In this document: piece after piece, positions 41,520-52,680 of the stretch | How positions within the stretch are numbered: the stretch's first letter is position 1 | Layout of the letters: every line of letters begins with the position of its first letter | Assembly (NCBI GenBank): GCA_963740085.1 | Contig: CAVUCU010000004.1 | Location: forward strand, 256,001 to 320,000 | DNA from: Nitrospirota bacterium | GTDB taxonomy: Bacteria; Nitrospirota; UBA9217 | DNA: 64,000 nt | Direction of reading: 5' to 3' | Translations under genes and position numbers: made by a program | The notes under the pieces: generated by a model | What the model saw: only the letters and a program-made list of their open reading frames with translations | Databases searched by the model: none | Told to the model about the DNA's origin: nothing

Positions 41520-44500
41520 ATGGTTAAACGAATTTTCATAAGCGTCGTTCTGTGTCTCGGTTCCGTTGTTTCTGTTGCGGGAACTAACACGGCTGCTGTT
41601 CCGGCTATCCCGTTACAATCGGGATCCGGCGTGTCGGATGCGCCCGCGTTAGGCCAGGCTGTTGAAAAACAGTCAGGAGTTGATGAGCCGCGCACCTTAT
41701 GGGGACAGGGTAGTTACGCGAACGGCAAAAAGGGAGATAAGCTCGAAGTGAAAAAGGTCATGGAAAAAGCCGTGAAGACCATTAAACTTCAGAACGTCGT
41801 CCCGCCGATCCACTTTGCGTCCGGAGAAGCGCAAATCCCCGCAGGTTATGTAGAACGTCTGCGCGACATACTTGACAGCATAAAGGAAAAGACCAACGTG
41901 AGGCTTCATTTTGCAGGACACACGGATAATGCGCAGTTATTCGGAGAAGTGAAGGAAAAGTACGGCGACAATCTCACGTTATCGCGGGAACGTGCAGGTG
42001 TGACCGCGGAGCATTTTCAGAGAGCACTTCATCTTCCGCCCGAGTCGATCACGTATGAGGGCATGGGCGAATCCCAGCCAATAGCAAGTAACATCACAGA
42101 GCGTGGTAAGGCGCAGAATCGCCGGGTTGAAGTCGGGGTCTGGTATGACGAGGTCACCGATAAGCTCGTCGATAAAGAAGTAGTGGTCGCCGAGGCGATG
42201 AACCGCGTAAAGGTATGCCGCATCGAAACGGTGTGCAAAATGCGCTACAAGGAGGGGCAATCAAAGCGTGCCCGCATCAAGAACCTGGTGAAGCCGCTCC
42301 GCTTTGACGACGACACGACGGACGTTCCTGATGATTTTGTCCAGAAAGTGAAGCAGGCGCTCGGCAACCTCGCTACAAAGGGGCATGTCGTCGTCAAATT
42401 TATCGGATACACCGACAATCTTCCGCTTACGGGGCGCGCACTGCGTATTTACGGAGACGCAGTGGGGCTATCGAAGGCGCGGGCGCGCAGGGCTGCACTG
42501 GCTGTTCAGGATGCGCTTAAACTCCCCACATCCGGGATCGACGTGGAAGGCAAGGGCCCGGCTAATCCCATCGCTTCGAACGAAACCGATAAAGGCCGGT
42601 CGCTTAACAGGCGCATCGAGGTTGAATTCTGGTATGACGATGCCCTGCAGGAACTGTCGGATGAGCCACAGCTTTGCCCGGAAGCGGCCGGTGCTGAGGC
42701 CGTGACCCGCTATTACGATTCTCCGTCAGGCGGCGTCAAGCCGATACTTTTCGAGAAGGGGAAGCCGGTCATTACTTCAGAACATCTGGAGCGCCTGCGG
42801 AGCAGCATGGACGAAATTCGTGATAAAACAATGGTGCGTTTGCGCTTCATCGGTTATACCAATAATGAACGTCTCGATCGCCGTACCGCGATGGTGTACC
42901 GGGACGATATCGGTCTTTCAACCGCTCGTGCCCGACGTGCCATGAGATGCCGTCAAAGAGCAGTTGAACCTTAAAGATGAACAGGCGGAGTTCGAGGGGC
43001 ATGGTTTTGTGCAGTCGGATGACGTTGTAAATACCGGTTTTGTCGAGTCCGATACGGCAAGGGTCGAAGTTAAGGTCATGTATGACGAACTCATGTCCCT
43101 TGACGATACGGAGAGAATGGATATCACACGCTTAACTCGTGAGGTCGCTCCAAAAGACCCCCTTGCGCTTAACCTCATGCGCATCACCGTCGACGGCAAG
43201 CCGGTTGACGATCCGGGCAAGAGCATCGCCGATATCGAGCGGTGTACCGACGTGGCGCTGGACAGAGCGAATGTGCAGTTGAAGTTCGATAATCTGGAGC
43301 TAAAACCCCGGCTCAATGCGACGGCCTGGCCGAATTCCATTAGCTATCAGGACGACGCGAATACCGAATACCCGGAAAACCTGATGCGGTTCCGCGCGTA
43401 CACGAACTACGCAGGGTTTATCAGGAAATCGGAAATCCGCATCTTCGGCGCGCAAGAGTCGGTCAACGGCGTACCCCTTGCGGTCATCGAGGTCAACAAG
43501 GAAGGCCTCGCAGAGTGGCAGCCGGCCTTCACCGAATACAGGGCCCCGCGTGTCTCATTGAAATACGTGCTGCGTGTTTACGACAACGATAATCATTTCG
43601 ACGAGACGAAGCCGCTGCCGATCTGGATCGTTGACAGACAGCCTGCGGAAATACAGGATCACGACGCAGAAAAGGAACTGCTGGTCGGTTACGGCGAGAA
43701 TCACCTCGCGGCAGACAATATTCCGAAGAAAGGCGGGACAATCAAGGTCAGTGGCAGCGAGGTCCCGGCCGATCATGCGGTGTTCGTTGCCGGCCGCTCA
43801 GTGCCGGTCGGGGAGGATGGCAAGTTCGTCACGGAGGAGATCCTTCCGTCCGGCATGCACACCGTCGAGGTGGCGATACTCGATCAAGCGGGTAACGGCG
43901 ACCTGTTCCTGCGCGACCTGGATCTCCCAAGGAACGACTGGTTTTACGTTGGCATCGCAGATGTCACTCTTGCCCGGGATTCCACGACCGGCCCGGCGCG
44001 GCTCGTCACCAGCGATCAGACACACTACAACAACGAGCTTAGCTACGATGGGCGTCTGGCCTTCTACACCAAGGGCAAGTTCGGCAACGGATGGGAACTG
44101 ACCTCAAGCGCTGACTCGCTCGAAGGACCGATAAAGGACATCTTTAGAAACGGGGGGGCCAATTCGCCTGACTCTTTGTTCCGGAGCATCAACCCGCAGT
44201 ATTTTTATCCTACGTATGGTGATGACGGCACCGTGGAGGAGGGGGCGCCGACCCTGGGCAAGCTCTATTTCAAAATGAAGAAGGACGATAGCTACGGACT
44301 GTGGGGCAACTTCAAGATAGGATACAACGACAACGACCTGGCGCAGGTAGACCGCGGATTGTACGGTGCGAACGTCCATTATCAGCCGCTCGCGACAACA
44401 AGCTTTGGCGAGAAGCGGTTCATGATGGACGGCTTTGCCGCGCAGCCGGGAACGGTCGGGACACGTGAGGAGTTTCTGGGAACCGGCGGGTCGCTCTATT

Positions 44501-46701
44501 ATTTGCATCATCTGGACGTCCTTACCGGCTCCGAGCGCTTGCGCATCGAGGTGCGCGACAAGGATTCGGGCATCGTCACCGCCGTGAAGGATCTGACGCC
44601 GAACCTCGATTACACCGTCGATTACCTGCAGGGGCGCATTTTGCTTTCGCAACCCCTGTCGCCAACAGCAAGCGACAACATGCTGGTGACGAGCGACACC
44701 ACTTCCGGCAATCTGGTCTATCTGGTCGTGCGGTACGAATACGAGCCCTTCGCCGGCGACACCAATAGCATGAGCCTTGGCGGTCGCACCCATGTATGGC
44801 TTTCCGATTACGTGAAACTTGGTGCTATTTTCAGCAAGGAGGGGGATTCGGAGAACCCGAGCGGGCTTCGTGCCGCCGATCTTACCTTAAGGAAGAGCAC
44901 CCTGTCCTGGGTGAAGGTGGAGACGTCCAGGAGCAAAGGCCCTGGCCTTACCTCCCTTTCTTCCGGCGATGGCGGATTCACCTTTTCTTCGACGTGCTCC
45001 AGCTTTACCGGCACCACGGCCAATCCGGCATGTTCCTCCCTGGGAAACTCCACATCCGTCTCTGCCGGCGCTTACCGGGTCGACACCAGCATCGGTTTTA
45101 ACGATTTCATCAATGGCGCGAACGGACAGTTGACGCTCTACACGCAGAGCATTGATTCGGGCTATTCGGCCCCGGGCCTTGAGACGGCCACGGATACCAG
45201 GCAGTACGGCGGTACCTTGCATGCGCCGGTAACGGACAGAATCGATGTGGCTGCCAAGGTTGACAAAACAACACGACAGCAGGGCTTGGATACCGATTCG
45301 TCCGAACTCGATGTCAATTACCGCTTGGCCGAGCATTGGACCATGAGCCCCGGAGTAAGGCAGGACAGCCGTGTTGACCACTCTCCGGTCGTGCCGCCGA
45401 CGCAGACGGAGGGTGATCGCACGGATGCCGCCGTTCGGGCGACCTACGACTCCAGGGAGAGATGGAGCGCATACGGTTTTGTGCAGGACACGGTCAAAAA
45501 GACCGGCGACCGCGAAGACAATGGCCGCGTGGGAACGGGCGGCGAGTACCGCGTCACCGACCGATTCAAGGTTAATGGCGAAGTGTCTTCCGGCGATCTC
45601 GGAGGCGCGGGCAAGGCCGGCACGGAGTATCTTTATTCCGACCGGACCAGCATATACCTGAATTACGTGTACGACAACGAGATTCCGGACAACGGCATCC
45701 GGTCGAACAAAGGGAATATGGTTACCGGGTTCAAGACCCGATATTCGGACACGACGAGCATTTATGCGGAAGAAAAATATACGCACGGGAACGTGCCGAC
45801 GGGGCTTACCCATTCCGCCGGTGTCGACCTCGCGCCCTTTGATCACTGGAACTTCGGCGCCAATGTGGATTTCGGAACGCTCAGAGACCCTCTTACCGCA
45901 GCGCATCTCGACCGCAAGGCGGCAGGTGTCAGGGCAGGTTACAGCGACGGAAGGCTTACCTGGACGACAGCATTCGAGTACCGAATTGACAAGACCGAGA
46001 CCATAAATCCGGACATGAACACGAGCACGGTGGATAGGGACAGCTGGCTGGTCAAGACCGGCTTCAAATACCAGTTAGACCCCTCGTCGCGTCTCCTCGG
46101 GAGACTGAATTACGCCGAGAGCAAGAGCCCGGGCAGTTTCTACGACGGCAAATACACGGAAGCGGTCCTGGGTTACGGCTATCGGCCCGTGATGAACGAT
46201 CGTCTCAACACGTTGTTCAAATATACGTACTTTTACAATCTCCCGAGCACGGGTCAGGTCACCGATACGGTCATCAATACGTCCGCCAATACCGTCACGA
46301 ATACGGCCGCGGACTTCATAGAGAAGAGCCATATCTTGTCGCTGGATGTGATGTATGACCTCACCCAACGCTGGACCATCGGGGGCAAATACGCCTATCG
46401 CCTGGCGCAGGTGAGCCTGGATCGGGTCAATCCCGAGTATTTTGACAGCCGGGCTTCCCTGTATATCGTGCGCGCCGACTGGCAATTCGTCCACAGCTGG
46501 GACTCCCTGATCGAGGGCCGACTGCTCGACCTGCCCGATGCCCAGGACCGGCTCAGCGGGGTATTGGTGGGCATCTATCGACATCTGGGCAATTACATCA
46601 AGCTGGGGGTCGGCTACAACTTCAGCAAATTCTCGGACGATCTGACCCAACTGGATTACAAACATCAGGGTCTGTTCATCAATTTGATTGGGGAAATATA
46701 A
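41520..46701 (+). CDS. Outer-membrane protein with three OmpA-like domains and a very large C-terminal beta-barrel region (apparent +1 frameshift at ~42946)
   Basis: GHTDN..LSRERA..NRRVEV; GYTDN..LSKARA..NRRIEV; GYTNN..LSTARA; amphipathic strands ending GVGYNFSKFSDDL..GLFINLIGEI. Confidence 0.8.
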
Positions 46702-46710
46702 AGGCAAGCA

Positions 46711-46790
46711 CTAACCACAGAGAGCACTGAGGGATCTCTGGCGAAAACCGGAACTAAACTCAAGAAGTTCTCTGTGTTCTCTGTGGTTAA
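46711..46790. repeat. REP-like palindromic element
   Basis: TAACCACAGAGAGCACTGAG..TTCTCTGTGTTCTCTGTGGTTA. Confidence 0.65.
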
Positions 46791-46806
46791 TTTTTAGGAG
46801 GCAGCC

Positions 46807-47319
46807 ATGTTCAACATTTTAAGAGGGTTCATTCTATCCATTGTGATTCTGATGCTGAGCTTCCCCGCCACTGCGGAGGAAGTCTCCAGGGAACAGATCA
46901 AGGGTCTGGATGAACAGGTTCAGGAAATCAAGACCGATGCCCTGAGTATTGCGGCAGAACTGAATCAGCTTGAAGAGAAGCTGCTGTATCCGTCCAATAC
47001 GCAGATCGCGGTATTCGCATCACTGGTCAGCGGCGAAACCTTTCGTCTCGACTCGGTCGAGATCCAGTTGGACGGCAAGCCGGTTGCCCATCACCTTTAC
47101 ACGTTCAAGGAACTCGAAGCCTTGCAAAAAGGAGGGGTGCAGCGCATCTATACCGGCAATGTCCGGTCCGGGGAGCATGAGCTCCAGGTCTTTGTCATAG
47201 GTAAAACCGGGGGAGGCGCCGATTTCCAACAATCGGAGCGCTTCAAGGTCAATAAGGATGCGGGCCCCAAGATCGTGGAAATATCTCTGGCCACCCAAAG
47301 CATTACCCTGAGACAATGA
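46807..47319 (+). CDS. Secreted coiled-coil + beta-sandwich protein of the TPR/Tol cluster
   Basis: AGGAGG RBS, signal peptide, N-terminal heptads, LDGKPVAHHLY..LQKGGVQRIY. Confidence 0.75.
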   Translation: MFNILRGFILSIVILMLSFPATAEEVSREQIKGLDEQVQEIKTDALSIAAELNQLEEKLLYPSNTQIAVFASLVSGETFRLDSVEIQLDGKPVAHHLYTFKELEALQKGGVQRIYTGNVRSGEHELQVFVIGKTGGGADFQQSERFKVNKDAGPKIVEISLATQSITLRQ

Positions 47320-47470
47320 AATTCCTCTCAAAAGGGGAAGAAAATTTTACTGCGAAGTCGCGAAGGACGCTAGGGAAATCCTGTTTAGATATAAACCAAC
47401 GCTTTACTTTTCTTCGCGACCTTAGCGCCTTGGCGGTTCCAATGTTTAGTTTCGGTTTGTCGGGATTAGG
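47316..47470. repeat. REP/MITE-like element (homologous to 53531-53690)
   Basis: ATGAAATTC..GCGAAGTCGCGAAGG..TTCGCGACCTTAGCGCCTTGGCGGTTCCAA.GTTTAG shared by both copies. Confidence 0.7.
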
Positions 47471-47483
47471 TGATAGGTAAACC

Positions 47484-49376
47484 ATGAACAGGCTTTTCAC
47501 AGTATTGACAATTCTGATACTCTCTGCGTCTTCGGCGCCTGCCGCTCCGTCCGCGCCGAAAGAGCTGAAGGACCTCTATTTCGGAGAGGCCCTGTATTAT
47601 GCATTTCAGGGGGAATGGTTCGATGCCATCGCGCGGCTCGACACTGAGCTCATGCAGCACCGTGGGCTCGATGAACCCGAACGCGACACCCTTCATTACC
47701 ATATCAACCAGGCGGAGTTTGACGTGGGCGATTTCGAATTGGCATACCGGATGCACCAGCGCGCCGGGCGCGCCATCAAGGCGGTGATCGAGGGTAATGT
47801 CGAGGAGCCGGTGCGCAACGAGGCCATTTTCCGCCTGGCCCGGATTTACTTCCAGAAAGACCAGCCGCAGAACGCCCTGCAGGCCGTGGAACGCATCAAG
47901 GGCGCCGTTCCCGGGAAAATTCGCGATGATCTTTCTTTCCTGCGGGCGCAAATTTTTATGGCCAACGGCCGCTTCGAGGATGCGGCCCGCATCCTGAAAG
48001 AACTCCAGGGCGCGAAGAGCCTGGAAGGTTTTACCACGTACAACCTCGGGATCGCGCTTCTCAGGGGCGGGAAGGTGAGGGAAGGGCGTGAGTATCTCGA
48101 CCGTACCGGCCGGATCGGGAGCGACAATCCGGCCACGCTGGCGATCAAGGACAAATCGAACCTCGTTCTGGGCGACAAGCTGCTGAGTGAAAATAATTTT
48201 GAGGGCGCCAAGGAGGTGCTCGATAGGGTGCGCTTGAGCGGCCCGTTTTCCAACCGCGCGCTGCTCGGTTCGGGTTGGGCCGACGCCTCCCGGGAAAACT
48301 TCGAAAGTGCCCTGGTGCCGTGGACCATCCTGTCCGAACGCGAGGTCACTGACCAGGCGGTGCAGGAAGGCCTGCTTGCCGTCCCCTATGCCTATGCCAA
48401 GCTCGGTGTGTACAGCCAGGCGGCGCTGAAGTATGGCAGTGCCCTGGAGGCGTTCGGCAAGGAGATCGACAAGCTCGGCGCCTCGATCACCTGCATCCGC
48501 GAAGGCAAATTTCTGAAAGCTCTCGTTCGGGAAGAACTGAAGCAGGATGCCAACTGGGTCGTCAAGCTGCGTGAACTGCCGGAAACGCCCGAGACCTTCT
48601 ACCTGCTCGATTTGATGGCCTCCCATGATTTTCAGGAATCACTGAAAAATTATATTGACCTTGAGCAGCTCCGCAAAAAACTGGAGGTCTGGTCAGAAGA
48701 CCTGGTCGCCTTCGAGGATATCATCGAGCAGCGCCGGGCCTACTACCAGCCGCTGCTGCCCACGATCGACCGGGAATTCAGACAGCTCGACTCGCAGATG
48801 CAGCTGCGGCTGGAGCAGCGAGACCACATAGAACAGCGGTTGCAGGCCATGCTGGTGGCGCCGAGGCCAGACTACCTGGCGACCGCGCCGGAGCGGATTT
48901 TCGGGGAGCACCTTGCACGGTTGGAGAAGGCCATTTCCGCCGGAGGCGGTGCGGCGGCCGGCGACGAAGTCAGGGGCCGCGTCAGGCGTCTGCGGGGAGT
49001 GCTGGACTGGAAGATATATACGGAATATGACCAGCGCTTCACTGCGGCCCATAAAAATCTTCGGGACCTGAATCGAGTCATCGACGTGCTGCACAATCGG
49101 TACACTTCCTTTGTGCGTACACGCCAGGCGGCCACGCAAAGCTATGAAGGTTATGACGAAGTGATCCGCATCCAGCGGGCCCGGATCACGACCGCGCAGG
49201 AAAAAGTGCGGCTCCTATCGGCGCGCCAGGGGCAAATGCTCGAAGTCATGGCCGTGAATGAACTCACCAGGCGGCGCGATCGGCTTGAAGAGATGCAGGT
49301 CAAGGCGCGCTTCGCTCTGGCGGACAGCTATGACCGTGCCACCAGGGCCCAGGCCCAGGAGAAGACAGAGCGATGA
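47484..49376 (+). CDS. Periplasmic TPR protein (GltC-like)
   Basis: Signal peptide, TPR helices, C-terminal coiled coil ending FALADSYD. Confidence 0.75.
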   Translation: MNRLFTVLTILILSASSAPAAPSAPKELKDLYFGEALYYAFQGEWFDAIARLDTELMQHRGLDEPERDTLHYHINQAEFDVGDFELAYRMHQRAGRAIKAVIEGNVEEPVRNEAIFRLARIYFQKDQPQNALQAVERIKGAVPGKIRDDLSFLRAQIFMANGRFEDAARILKELQGAKSLEGFTTYNLGIALLRGGKVREGREYLDRTGRIGSDNPATLAIKDKSNLVLGDKLLSENNFEGAKEVLDRVRLSGPFSNRALLGSGWADASRENFESALVPWTILSEREVTDQAVQEGLLAVPYAYAKLGVYSQAALKYGSALEAFGKEIDKLGASITCIREGKFLKALVREELKQDANWVVKLRELPETPETFYLLDLMASHDFQESLKNYIDLEQLRKKLEVWSEDLVAFEDIIEQRRAYYQPLLPTIDREFRQLDSQMQLRLEQRDHIEQRLQAMLVAPRPDYLATAPERIFGEHLARLEKAISAGGGAAAGDEVRGRVRRLRGVLDWKIYTEYDQRFTAAHKNLRDLNRVIDVLHNRYTSFVRTRQAATQSYEGYDEVIRIQRARITTAQEKVRLLSARQGQMLEVMAVNELTRRRDRLEEMQVKARFALADSYDRATRAQAQEKTER

Positions 49377-52300
49377 ACCGGATTCGGCTTTTCATACTGG
49401 CGGTACCGATGTTGCTGGCTGCCTGTCAATCGATGGGCGACAGGGATACGATTGCCAAGTTGCGTGATATGCATATCGAAATCAAGGAAGAGGAGATCGA
49501 AGGCGGGCTCGACAAAGCGATGGAGAGTTATCAGCACTTTCTGGAGGAGGCGCCGCACTCCGCGTTGACGCCCGAGGCCATTCGTCGTCTGGCCGACCTG
49601 AAGATCGCAAAGGAATACGGCACCCTCACGAGAGGTGCCGAGCCTGCCGGGCGGGCGCCGGCACTGCCTGCCCCGGAACTCGCAACGAGTCCGAAGGTTG
49701 CTTCGATCGCCGGTACACCGTCGGACCGGATATCTGCGATGATCCCGGTTCGCGACGAGTCCGAGGCGGATTTTGAAAAACGGGCGGCCCAGGGCCCGCC
49801 GGCGGGCGGTACGGCAGCGGCTGCGGAAGGAGCGGCCGCAGGCTCGGATGATCTTGAAAGGGCAAGCGCCCGCGAGGCCATTGCGCTTTACGCCAAACTG
49901 CTCAACGATTACCCGCTTTACGAGCGCAACGACCAGGTGCTCTACCAGATGTCCCGCGCGTACGAGGAGTTGGGACAGGTCGAGGAGGCCATGACGGTCA
50001 TGGACCGGATGGTCCGCGAGTTTCCCCGCTCTCGCTATATCGACGAAGTGCAATTCCGTCGCGGCGAATACCTTTTCACCCGCAGGCGATACCTGGATGC
50101 CGAGAATGCTTACGGCAGCATCGTGACCATCGGCGCCTCTTCTTCTTATTATCAGCTCGCCCTGTACAAGCTGGGCTGGACCTTTTACAAACAGGAACTC
50201 TATGACGAGGCTCTGGACCGGTTCATTGCGCTGCTCGATCATAAGGTCAAGGAGAGATACGACTTTGCTCAGACCGGCGACCAGCTGGAACGCAAACGCA
50301 TCGATGACACTTTCCGTGTCATCAGTCTGAGTTTTTCGAACCTTGGCGGCGCCAACTCCGTAGTCGAATACTTCATCCGCAACGGCAAGCGTAGTTACGA
50401 GGACGGCGTTTACAGCAACCTCGGAGAATTCTACTTCGATAAGCGCCGTTACGCCGACGCCGCTGCAACCTACAACGCCTTTGTCAGCCGCAATCCGTTC
50501 CACAAATTATCGCCGCAATTCGCCATGCGGGTGATCGAAATCCATCTTGCCGGGGCGTTCCCAAGCCTGGTCATTGACGCGAAAAAGAAATTTGCCGGCA
50601 TTTACGGGCTCAAGGCCGAATACTGGCGGCATTTCGAACCGGGCGCCCGTCCGGAAGTTCTGGTCTGGCTCAAAACGAACCTCACGGACCTGGCCAAGCA
50701 TTATCACGCGCTTTACCAGAGCCCGCAGCAGATCAAGGATAAAAAGACCAACTTCGAAGAAGCCCTGCATTGGTATCGGGAATTCCTCACTTCCTTCCCG
50801 ACGGACCCCGAGTCGCCGGCCATTAATTATCTGCTGGCGGACCTGTTGCTGGAAAACCGCTCCTTTGATCTGGCGGCGGTGGAATACGAGAAGACCGCTT
50901 ATGAATACCCGCGCCACGAAAGGTCCTCTCAGGCAGGCTACGCGGCAATTTACGCATATCGCCAGCACCTGGCGGCAGTCGCAGCTGCGGCAAAAGATCA
51001 GGTAAAGAGCGAGGTCGTCCGCAGTTCGCTGAAGTTTGCCGACGCCTATCCGGAGCATGAGAAGGCGGCGATTGTTCTCGGAGCGGCTGCGGATGATCTG
51101 TACAACATGAGGGATTATGAACAGGCGCTGGCTACGGCGCAAAAACTCAACAAGGTTTTCCCCGGCGCTGATAAAGAGGTCAAGCGCGGGGCATGGGATG
51201 TCATTGCTCATTCATCCTTCGAACTCCATCGTTACAGCGAGGCCGAAGCCGCGTACGTGAGCCTCCTGGGCTTTGTCCCCGAAGGCGACAAGGAACGCAG
51301 CGCCCTGACTGACAACCTCGCGGTCTCGATCTATAAACAGGGTGAAGAGGCGAACGCTCGTAAGGATTACCGGACCGCGGCCGACCATTTTCTGCGCGTA
51401 GGGGTCATGGCGCCGGCCTCCAAAGTACGGCCGAGCGCCGAATACGATGCCGCAGCGGCCCTGATCGGGCTCAAGGACTGGAAGATGTCGGCCACCGTGC
51501 TGACAGGGTTCCGCGACAAATTCCCCGGCCACGCCTTGCAGCCCGACGTGACCAAAAAGATCGCATACGTCTATAAAGAGGATGGTCAACTGGCGCAGGC
51601 CGCCAATGAGTATGAACGAATAGAAAGAGAGTCACAGGATGATGAAGTAAGGCGGGAGGCGCTGCTGACCGCGGCCGATCTGCATGAAAAGGCGGGCAAC
51701 AGCGACCGTGCACTCGAGGTTTACCGGCGCTATGTGGGGTATTTCCCTCATCCGGTGGAACCCAATCTGGAAACGCGTAACAAAATCGCGGAAACTCTGA
51801 AGAAGAAAAAAGAGAGGGACATCTACCTCGCCGAGCTCAAGCAGATTGTGGCCATTGATGCGGGCGCAGGGGGCGAACGGACTCCCAGGACCCGTTATCT
51901 TGCCGGAAAAGCCGCGTTGGCTTTGGCCGAGCAGACCTTTGACCGGTTCGCTGAAGTCAAACTGGTCAAACCCTTCGAGACCAACCTGCGCAAGAAAAAG
52001 GATCTGATGAAGGTTGCGACCCAGCAGTTTAACAAACTTCTCGATTATGAAGTCGGCGAGGCTACGGCAGCGGCGACATTCTATCTCGCCGAGATCTACG
52101 CCAACTTCAGCAAAGCTCTTCTGGAATCCGAACGTCCGGAGGGTTTGGCGCCCGTGGAGATGGAGCAGTACGAGTTGGCCATCGAAGAGCAGGCCTATCC
52201 CTTCGAAGACAAGGCCATTGCAATGCATAAGAGCAATCTTGAGCTGATCTCCCGTGGGGTATACAATGAGTGGATCGACAAGAGCCTTCAGAAACTGGCC

Positions 52301-52654
52301 AAGTTCGTTCCCGCCCGCTACGATAAGCCGGAAGAGGAGAGTCCGGTCATCACTCAGTTGGATCGTTACCTGTTCGCCATTGAACGTCCGGAGCTGTCCG
52401 TGCAGGCGCCCGAACGGGCGGCGGCCTCCGCCGGCCCTGGGCCGGCGGAGGCAGCCGAACCAGGCGAGGCCCAGAATGCTGAAAGGGCCGTGGAACCGAA
52501 GCCGGGTGAGACCCAGGAAACGGTTAAGAACGTAGAGCCGAAGCATGATGCGAAACCGGCAGAGACCAGAGATGCTGCAAAGGTAGGGGAAACGGCGCAG
52601 GACGTCCAGGACGGAGGCGACAAGGTCACTCCACCTGATGCGGCGGTGGAATAA
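49373..52654 (+). CDS. Large TPR lipoprotein (GltD/AgmU-like)
   Basis: Lipobox LAA-C; many TPRs (EVQFRRGE, ALYKLGW); QAYPFEDKAI near the C-terminus. Confidence 0.8.
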   Translation: MNRIRLFILAVPMLLAACQSMGDRDTIAKLRDMHIEIKEEEIEGGLDKAMESYQHFLEEAPHSALTPEAIRRLADLKIAKEYGTLTRGAEPAGRAPALPAPELATSPKVASIAGTPSDRISAMIPVRDESEADFEKRAAQGPPAGGTAAAAEGAAAGSDDLERASAREAIALYAKLLNDYPLYERNDQVLYQMSRAYEELGQVEEAMTVMDRMVREFPRSRYIDEVQFRRGEYLFTRRRYLDAENAYGSIVTIGASSSYYQLALYKLGWTFYKQELYDEALDRFIALLDHKVKERYDFAQTGDQLERKRIDDTFRVISLSFSNLGGANSVVEYFIRNGKRSYEDGVYSNLGEFYFDKRRYADAAATYNAFVSRNPFHKLSPQFAMRVIEIHLAGAFPSLVIDAKKKFAGIYGLKAEYWRHFEPGARPEVLVWLKTNLTDLAKHYHALYQSPQQIKDKKTNFEEALHWYREFLTSFPTDPESPAINYLLADLLLENRSFDLAAVEYEKTAYEYPRHERSSQAGYAAIYAYRQHLAAVAAAAKDQVKSEVVRSSLKFADAYPEHEKAAIVLGAAADDLYNMRDYEQALATAQKLNKVFPGADKEVKRGAWDVIAHSSFELHRYSEAEAAYVSLLGFVPEGDKERSALTDNLAVSIYKQGEEANARKDYRTAADHFLRVGVMAPASKVRPSAEYDAAAALIGLKDWKMSATVLTGFRDKFPGHALQPDVTKKIAYVYKEDGQLAQAANEYERIERESQDDEVRREALLTAADLHEKAGNSDRALEVYRRYVGYFPHPVEPNLETRNKIAETLKKKKERDIYLAELKQIVAIDAGAGGERTPRTRYLAGKAALALAEQTFDRFAEVKLVKPFETNLRKKKDLMKVATQQFNKLLDYEVGEATAAATFYLAEIYANFSKALLESERPEGLAPVEMEQYELAIEEQAYPFEDKAIAMHKSNLELISRGVYNEWIDKSLQKLAKFVPARYDKPEEESPVITQLDRYLFAIERPELSVQAPERAAASAGPGPAEAAEPGEAQNAERAVEPKPGETQETVKNVEPKHDAKPAETRDAAKVGETAQDVQDGGDKVTPPDAAVE

Positions 52655-52680
52655 GGTTTAACGAGGGAGGTTTAAGCTCT

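Noticed and set aside
47466-52546. Long minus-strand ORFs (386, 391, 234, 304 aa) opposite the TPR genes
   Set aside because: Typical antisense frames of GC-rich coding DNA; no motifs
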